From a virus (lineage: Duplodnaviria > Caudoviricetes): a stretch of 56,561 nt of DNA. The stretch covers positions 1 through 56,561 of IMG/VR virus record IMGVR_UViG_3300033149_005620, one strand, 5' to 3'. This document shows, piece by piece, positions 51,723 through 56,561 of the stretch (within the stretch, counting starts at the first letter, position 1; each line of letters starts with the position of its first letter). Both the position numbers and the translations under genes were made by a program. The notes below the pieces were generated by a model that had not been told where the DNA came from, did no database searches, and was given only the letters and a program-made list of their open reading frames with translations.

Positions 51723-53117
51723 TCAGTATCCACCAACATTGAGGTCCAAGACGGCGGGGTTATAGATGACCCTCTCAACAGGATCTGTTATCGTGAGGCG
51801 GTAGTTCCTGCGCCTCGCCATACCCAAGCGGTGCCAGGTGACGCGCCGGGTATACTCGCCGATCTTTCCGATACTGCGCCAGAGCTCGTTGGACCAGGAC
51901 CTCATGCCATTGTCGGACCAATCCAGCACAGCTTTGGGATCACTGCCTTGCCCGGTAGCGAGCCCGACGCCTGCCTTGAATTCTACCTCAAGCCGGTTGT
52001 GGTAAATCTGCCTACCATCTCTCGTGACGGTGGGCAAGATCACCTGGGATTTTATGGCATTTCCATAGTCAGTGTAGCTGGACGGATCCACCTCATAGAT
52101 TCTGCCGTTATCATAGTCTCCAATGAGGTGGTTTCCCGCATGGTAGCAGTAACAGTTCGCTCGATGACGAATATTGGTATCTCCGGTGATAGGATAGCTT
52201 GCCCATTGATGCCAGCGCTTGGTGGCAGTATTGTAGGCCCAGGTGACGTTTTCGGTTGGAAAGGCAAGCACATACCAAGTGCCGCCGACCGTATCGAGGC
52301 AGAAGCCGAAGGCGTCGGAGACGGTATTGTAAGCTGCAAATTTCTTGTCAAGCTGCCGGGTAGACACGATCTCGGGTGCAGACCCCAGGCCAGTTGACCT
52401 CAAAACCTGCCGGTGATTGGATAGCCAAAAGAGGGTGTTGTCGCCTGCAGTTAACGATTTTGCGGCAGCAATCCCTTTTGTTTGATAGCCGCCGGAAATT
52501 CGCTCGAAGGGAAAATCCGCGTTACCGGAATTGTAGTAGGGCTCGATGCTTTCTTCGCCAAACACCCAGAGCTCCCGGTGATCGGAAATAACCGCCAATG
52601 CATCATCAGGCTCTCCGTCTGCGGTGGAATAATCCAGGGCGTCCCACGTGGAAAAGTCATTGAGGGCTGATATATAGATTCGTCCGGTCCCATCCTGCGT
52701 GACGACGCCGTAACCGTCCTGGAAGGCAAGGGATGAAGGTGTGGGGAAGTCGGCATCTGTAATTTGGGTAACTGTGGTTCCGGTAACATAGTAGCCATAG
52801 GTGCCGTCGATGATCATCAGCTGTGTCCCGTTGTCCACCATTGAGACCCGGCCACTTGAGGTTAGCAGCGACCCGGTGCATGTTGTCAGCGTGCCGTCTA
52901 TGTACCGGTATACGGAGGACTTGCAGACGATATAGAGGTACCCGTCCATATCCCACATGCCGCGGATCTCTCCGCCCCCGCTGTCGATCACTCTAAAGAG
53001 CGTGAGGCCCGGGGTCCCCATCAGTCCGGGACGTCCGTCGTCAAGTTCTGGCATCCAGAACAGATTGATGGGATAAACGCCTTCGCCTGGCAGTTCGTGT
53101 AAAAGTGGCAAGTTCAT
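51723..53117 (-). CDS. Packaged-DNA stabilisation protein/tail hub (P22 gp10-like)
   Basis: GTPGL, VSMVDNGTQL, DGEPD, LWVFGEESIE, FPFERI, TWAYNTATKRWH, GKIGEY...WHRLG. Confidence 0.85.
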   Translation of the reverse strand: MNLPLLHELPGEGVYPINLFWMPELDDGRPGLMGTPGLTLFRVIDSGGGEIRGMWDMDGYLYIVCKSSVYRYIDGTLTTCTGSLLTSSGRVSMVDNGTQLMIIDGTYGYYVTGTTVTQITDADFPTPSSLAFQDGYGVVTQDGTGRIYISALNDFSTWDALDYSTADGEPDDALAVISDHRELWVFGEESIEPYYNSGNADFPFERISGGYQTKGIAAAKSLTAGDNTLFWLSNHRQVLRSTGLGSAPEIVSTRQLDKKFAAYNTVSDAFGFCLDTVGGTWYVLAFPTENVTWAYNTATKRWHQWASYPITGDTNIRHRANCYCYHAGNHLIGDYDNGRIYEVDPSSYTDYGNAIKSQVILPTVTRDGRQIYHNRLEVEFKAGVGLATGQGSDPKAVLDWSDNGMRSWSNELWRSIGKIGEYTRRVTWHRLGMARRRNYRLTITDPVERVIYNPAVLDLNVGGY

Positions 53118-54055
53118 AAGTCTTTGTCCGGCTCAAAGTAGACGTCCGAGTTCTCCGGTTCAAACATATTGGCTATACCCAAGGATTCGTTGGCGTGCGC
53201 AATGATTACTGCGGCCCTGTCCTTGCTACTCGGGAACTTTGCGAGTAGCTCCTTGGCCAGGTTCCACTTCAGCGTTCTGTGCCATTCACGTGTAAAGTCA
53301 GGATTGTCCTTAGTGCTATCAAAATCCTCTATCGGAAGTAGAGCCACGAACACAATGCTGTCTGTAGTGACGCTCGGAGTGGCGTTGAGATAGATCCTCA
53401 GCTCGTCAATCCTTTTTTCGTAGTAAATCTTAGTCGGGGTGCCGCTTGCGTCCTTATCGCCAATTCCCATGTATTCAGCTTGGGATATGATATCCATGGG
53501 AGTATCTTCGCCATCAGAGGTACGCCTTAGGGGGTCCATGATTTCCGTTGGTGGCCCGTACTGTTCGCTGTTCCCGGATATTGTCGCAAGGTTGGAGCTT
53601 GCTCCAACGTTCAGATTTTCTGATTGAAAGGTCCCGGATTGGCCCTCAATTATGAGCTCGCCGGCCGCATCGCCACCAGCCCAGCTGCCAGATGTCACCT
53701 CTACCGCCATGACTTTTGCAGTTGCGCTGGAGGTTGCACCAGCAATGGTGTCCCCTACCGCAATGGCCGTCGTGCCCCCCGAGGTGAAGGCTAGGCGTCG
53801 AATTTGCAGGGCATACTTGTCGGTAGATGTTAGGTCCAAAGTGAGTTGCCGCCGTTTCCACATTTTGAGACCCGGCGTGACAGGGCTCCCGGGACCCATC
53901 CACTGCTTGACAAGGAGATTCAGGGCGCGCAACGCAGTTGCCGAGTCTTCCGCCGATACGGTTTGCCCTGCACCAACCACCCCGAGCTCTTCAAGCGCGT
54001 CTTGGATAAGTTGACTGGCGGTTACCGTATAATCTGCAGAGCCGGACGATGCCAT
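53114..54055 (-). CDS. Head-tail adaptor with inserted beta domain
   Basis: TASQLIQDALEELGV...ALRALNLLVKQW and LKWNLAKEL flanking a Gly/Thr/Ser-rich insert. Confidence 0.72.
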   Translation of the reverse strand: MASSGSADYTVTASQLIQDALEELGVVGAGQTVSAEDSATALRALNLLVKQWMGPGSPVTPGLKMWKRRQLTLDLTSTDKYALQIRRLAFTSGGTTAIAVGDTIAGATSSATAKVMAVEVTSGSWAGGDAAGELIIEGQSGTFQSENLNVGASSNLATISGNSEQYGPPTEIMDPLRRTSDGEDTPMDIISQAEYMGIGDKDASGTPTKIYYEKRIDELRIYLNATPSVTTDSIVFVALLPIEDFDSTKDNPDFTREWHRTLKWNLAKELLAKFPSSKDRAAVIIAHANESLGIANMFEPENSDVYFEPDKDL

Positions 54056-55509
54056 TTAAAGCTCCTTTCAATTGCGTCCCACACGGCTTCCGGGGTGATC
54101 TTCGCTTGGCACTCTGCGACGCCTGTCTCCTCATCCCTTGAGCAGTGGGTAAAGCCGTGCTGCATTCTGTGGCAGGGGTAACAAGTACATCCCTCCGGGG
54201 TTAAACTTATCGTGTTGACCCAGTCTCTCGTGAGGTTTTCGACTGAGCTGTGACTCAGGCAAATGATTTTCGGTATGTCAAGCATGCTAACTGCGTTGAG
54301 CACTCCGGTTTCCGGTCCGATGACCAGATCGGCGGCGTGGCATCCAAAGGCCATAGTCTGCCTCATAGACCATTTGCCAGAGGTCTTTATCACCCTCGGC
54401 TCGTTTTCCCAGCCAGTTTCCAGCATTTGGGATAGCTCGTCGCCTGAGAGGACTATGGCCACGTCGTTTCGCTCAATCAGGAGCCTTGCAATGATCTGGT
54501 CCATGTAGGGCCAGGCTTTGTGAACCGAGCTGCCAGATAAAACCCACAGTAGATTATAGGGCATTTTGCGCTGCCTCTTTGCCCACTTTATTTCCTGCTT
54601 CGTTGCGTAGAACCTTGTGTGAATTTGGAAGGGCACTTCAGCAATGTCGTGCATGATTTCAAGGTAGTTGAAGTTGAGGACCTTATGCCGGGCTCCGTGT
54701 GGCCACGCAAATATGGTCCTTCCCTCCATAGCCAGGAGGGAGCCCTCCACGGACTCGCTGAGGTTTACGAATTTCGTATATTTGCCTTTGAGCACGCCCC
54801 AGTATTCGCCAAGCTCCCTATTCGGCACCTGCTCCCTTTGCTGGACCACGAACTCGTCAACGTGAGGGTCCGCTTTTATGACCTCGTATCCCCCCTCTGA
54901 GGTGTAAAGTGTAACGTGGTATCCCTGTTTCTTGAGCTCTGGCAGAACGCTTGATGTCTGGATCATGTCCCCGGCGCCACCGTAGCGTACCACTGCGCAC
55001 ATTTTCTCGGGCTTTAGATCCCGGTAGGGGTAGCGCTTGGCCTTATCGCTTCGCTTCCTGTAGACCTGCAGGAACGAGTTATGGTCTGGCTTGACTTCGT
55101 TGACAACCAGATCCCATCCCCCAGGGATAGCTTCCATGCTATGGACAACGCCCTTCTCGCTGAGGTCGCCATAAGGCAAGTAGAGAACGAGATGTCCTCC
55201 CGGCTTTATCACCCTCCACCACTCCTTGAGCACGGCAGCCCGGTCATCCAACTCATTGAGGAGGTGAGACGAAAAAACTGCATCCACAGACTGGCCAGCG
55301 AACATGGAAAGGCTTCTGCAGTCGGCCACAATATCCGGCCTCCACGGAATATGAGGAGGCCAGTTCTGACATAGGTCTATGCCTATGAAGTGGGGATAGG
55401 TCTTCCAGGGGCCGCAGCCAAGGTCAAGGACCACGCCTTTGGTATAGGGCACGAGCTCATACTTGACCTCAAGGGCTCTTACGTTCTGGGGCTTAAAGAT
55501 ATCAAGCAT
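54022..55509 (-). CDS. Methyltransferase-GT9 (heptosyltransferase-like) fusion
   Basis: N-terminal LDLGCG...WWRVIKPGG; C-terminal VVRYGGAGDMI, HKAWP, ADLVIGPETG, CYPCH. Confidence 0.85.
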   Translation of the reverse strand: MLDIFKPQNVRALEVKYELVPYTKGVVLDLGCGPWKTYPHFIGIDLCQNWPPHIPWRPDIVADCRSLSMFAGQSVDAVFSSHLLNELDDRAAVLKEWWRVIKPGGHLVLYLPYGDLSEKGVVHSMEAIPGGWDLVVNEVKPDHNSFLQVYRKRSDKAKRYPYRDLKPEKMCAVVRYGGAGDMIQTSSVLPELKKQGYHVTLYTSEGGYEVIKADPHVDEFVVQQREQVPNRELGEYWGVLKGKYTKFVNLSESVEGSLLAMEGRTIFAWPHGARHKVLNFNYLEIMHDIAEVPFQIHTRFYATKQEIKWAKRQRKMPYNLLWVLSGSSVHKAWPYMDQIIARLLIERNDVAIVLSGDELSQMLETGWENEPRVIKTSGKWSMRQTMAFGCHAADLVIGPETGVLNAVSMLDIPKIICLSHSSVENLTRDWVNTISLTPEGCTCYPCHRMQHGFTHCSRDEETGVAECQAKITPEAVWDAIERSFKWHRPALQIIR

Positions 55510-55890
55510 CTATGCTTCCTTGAATTGATCTGCCTCAGCCTCAAGTAGTTTGCGAAGGAGGACCGACCTCCTGGCCCGCCTGTCGTAAGCGATGTCAAGA
55601 GCATCAAGCTTTTCCATGATCTCTTTACGAGTGAGCTCGTGTGCCGGCACCTGAGCATTGGCCTCCTCAATGACGGCATCCAATTCGTTGAGCTGTGGTT
55701 CCTCAGGCGCAGGCGCTACCGCCTCATTGGCCGGTTCTCGCTGCTCAACCACCGGCCCGGGAGATCCAACCGGTGTCGGGCCGCCTATTTCGTTCCCATG
55801 ATGGTCAAAGAGTTTGCCGTCCTGTTCATAGGCGTGCCCCGCTTGGCCGTAAACCGTCGCGTATGGCCTTGATTTGTTTAACGTTCCCAT
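55510..55890 (-). CDS. Hypothetical protein
   Basis: YEQDGKLFD; C-terminal HeH/Rho-N-like LTRKEIMEKLDALDIAY. Confidence 0.6.
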   Translation of the reverse strand: MGTLNKSRPYATVYGQAGHAYEQDGKLFDHHGNEIGGPTPVGSPGPVVEQREPANEAVAPAPEEPQLNELDAVIEEANAQVPAHELTRKEIMEKLDALDIAYDRRARRSVLLRKLLEAEADQFKEA

Positions 55891-56075
55891 CCTTTAGCCC
55901 TCCCCAAAAAGCCTTCTGCTGGCATTTCTTCCGGGTCCTCCCCGACATAGCCTCCAGGGTAGACGCGCCGGCCCTGCTCCTCGTCTGTGACCAACGCATC
56001 CGTGAACCCTCTGTCAAGATCCCGCTGACTGACTCCAGAGTTCTCGACATGCTTGAAGCTGTCTTTATCTGCCAT
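55878..56075 (-). CDS. Small hypothetical protein
   Basis: AAAGGAG RBS; in operon. Confidence 0.55.
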   Translation of the reverse strand: MADKDSFKHVENSGVSQRDLDRGFTDALVTDEEQGRRVYPGGYVGEDPEEMPAEGFLGRAKGWER

Positions 56076-56093
56076 GATTCGTCTCCTTTCTTC

Positions 56094-56447
56094 TTATTGA
56101 AGCCAGACGCCGTCCGGAGTAACGACCCTGTCCTCCCGGCTTGGCTTGATTATTACTTTGGGCACGGCCCTTTTTAACTGTCGCCCGATGAAACGCACCG
56201 TTGCCTCAAAGCGGTCCCGCAGGTCCTCGAATGACACATAGATTATCTGTCCTCTCAGGTGCTCGGGAATACCCTCTTTCCAGCCTTTTTGATGCGCTAA
56301 GAGGCGCTCCCGCATATTCGGGTACTGCCGTGCCTGGTATCTCAAAAGGGAACCAGAGGGCTCAGTAGCAGCCAAAGCAGCGCCGCTCTCCACTTTCGGT
56401 CCTGCGTTCCACGGGATGGCATTGAGGTGCCTGCACAAACTTTCCAT
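56094..56447 (-). CDS. Sulfotransferase, 3' part (5' part at 1-330)
   Basis: Contains VSFEDL, typical of sulfotransferases; in frame across the junction. Confidence 0.85.
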   Translation of the reverse strand: MESLCRHLNAIPWNAGPKVESGAALAATEPSGSLLRYQARQYPNMRERLLAHQKGWKEGIPEHLRGQIIYVSFEDLRDRFEATVRFIGRQLKRAVPKVIIKPSREDRVVTPDGVWLQ

Positions 56448-56561
56448 CACGGCCTGAGGTTCGCGGTATATGTAGAAGAGATGAAATTCTTCCAGAACCT
56501 CCTCAAGCACGGGGAGGAAAAACTCTACTGAATGGTGAGATTTTACGATGTTAAGGACTGG
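56448..56561. repeat. Terminal direct repeat, right copy
   Basis: Identical to 1-114. Confidence 0.97.

Overview
This window is a complete, circular temperate phage genome of about 56,447 bp; positions 1-114 repeat exactly at 56448-56561, an assembly overlap. The architecture is podovirus-like. The minus-strand late region runs TerS, TerL, portal, scaffold, major capsid protein, two decoration-like paralogs, a five-gene glycan-modification cluster that crosses the contig junction, head-tail adaptor, P22 gp10-like hub, NlpC/P60 lysin, holin, ejection proteins, a ~3,000-aa polyvalent protein and a beta-helix tailspike. A CI/Cro-like switch lies at about 19.2 kb. The plus-strand early region has SbcCD, a DHH phosphoesterase, an SF2 helicase and a tyrosine integrase next to an attP that matches a tRNA-Pro 3' end. 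The most notable observations: (1) a stand-alone RAMP/Cas7-like gene flanked by two arrays of 5-nt units (constant RCC/GGY triplet plus a variable dinucleotide) and followed by a ParB-like gene, a candidate non-CRISPR RNA-guided system; (2) a VRR-NUC nuclease gene missed by the ORF track, with two in-frame TGA codons each followed at identical spacing by a SECIS-like hairpin (candidate phage selenoprotein); (3) an ORF-less 248-nt group I intron splitting the major capsid gene; (4) a small gene with its own strong RBS nested out of frame in the giant protein gene; (5) an NYN RNase preceded by a long RNA hairpin. All family assignments come from motifs recognised by eye; no searches were run.
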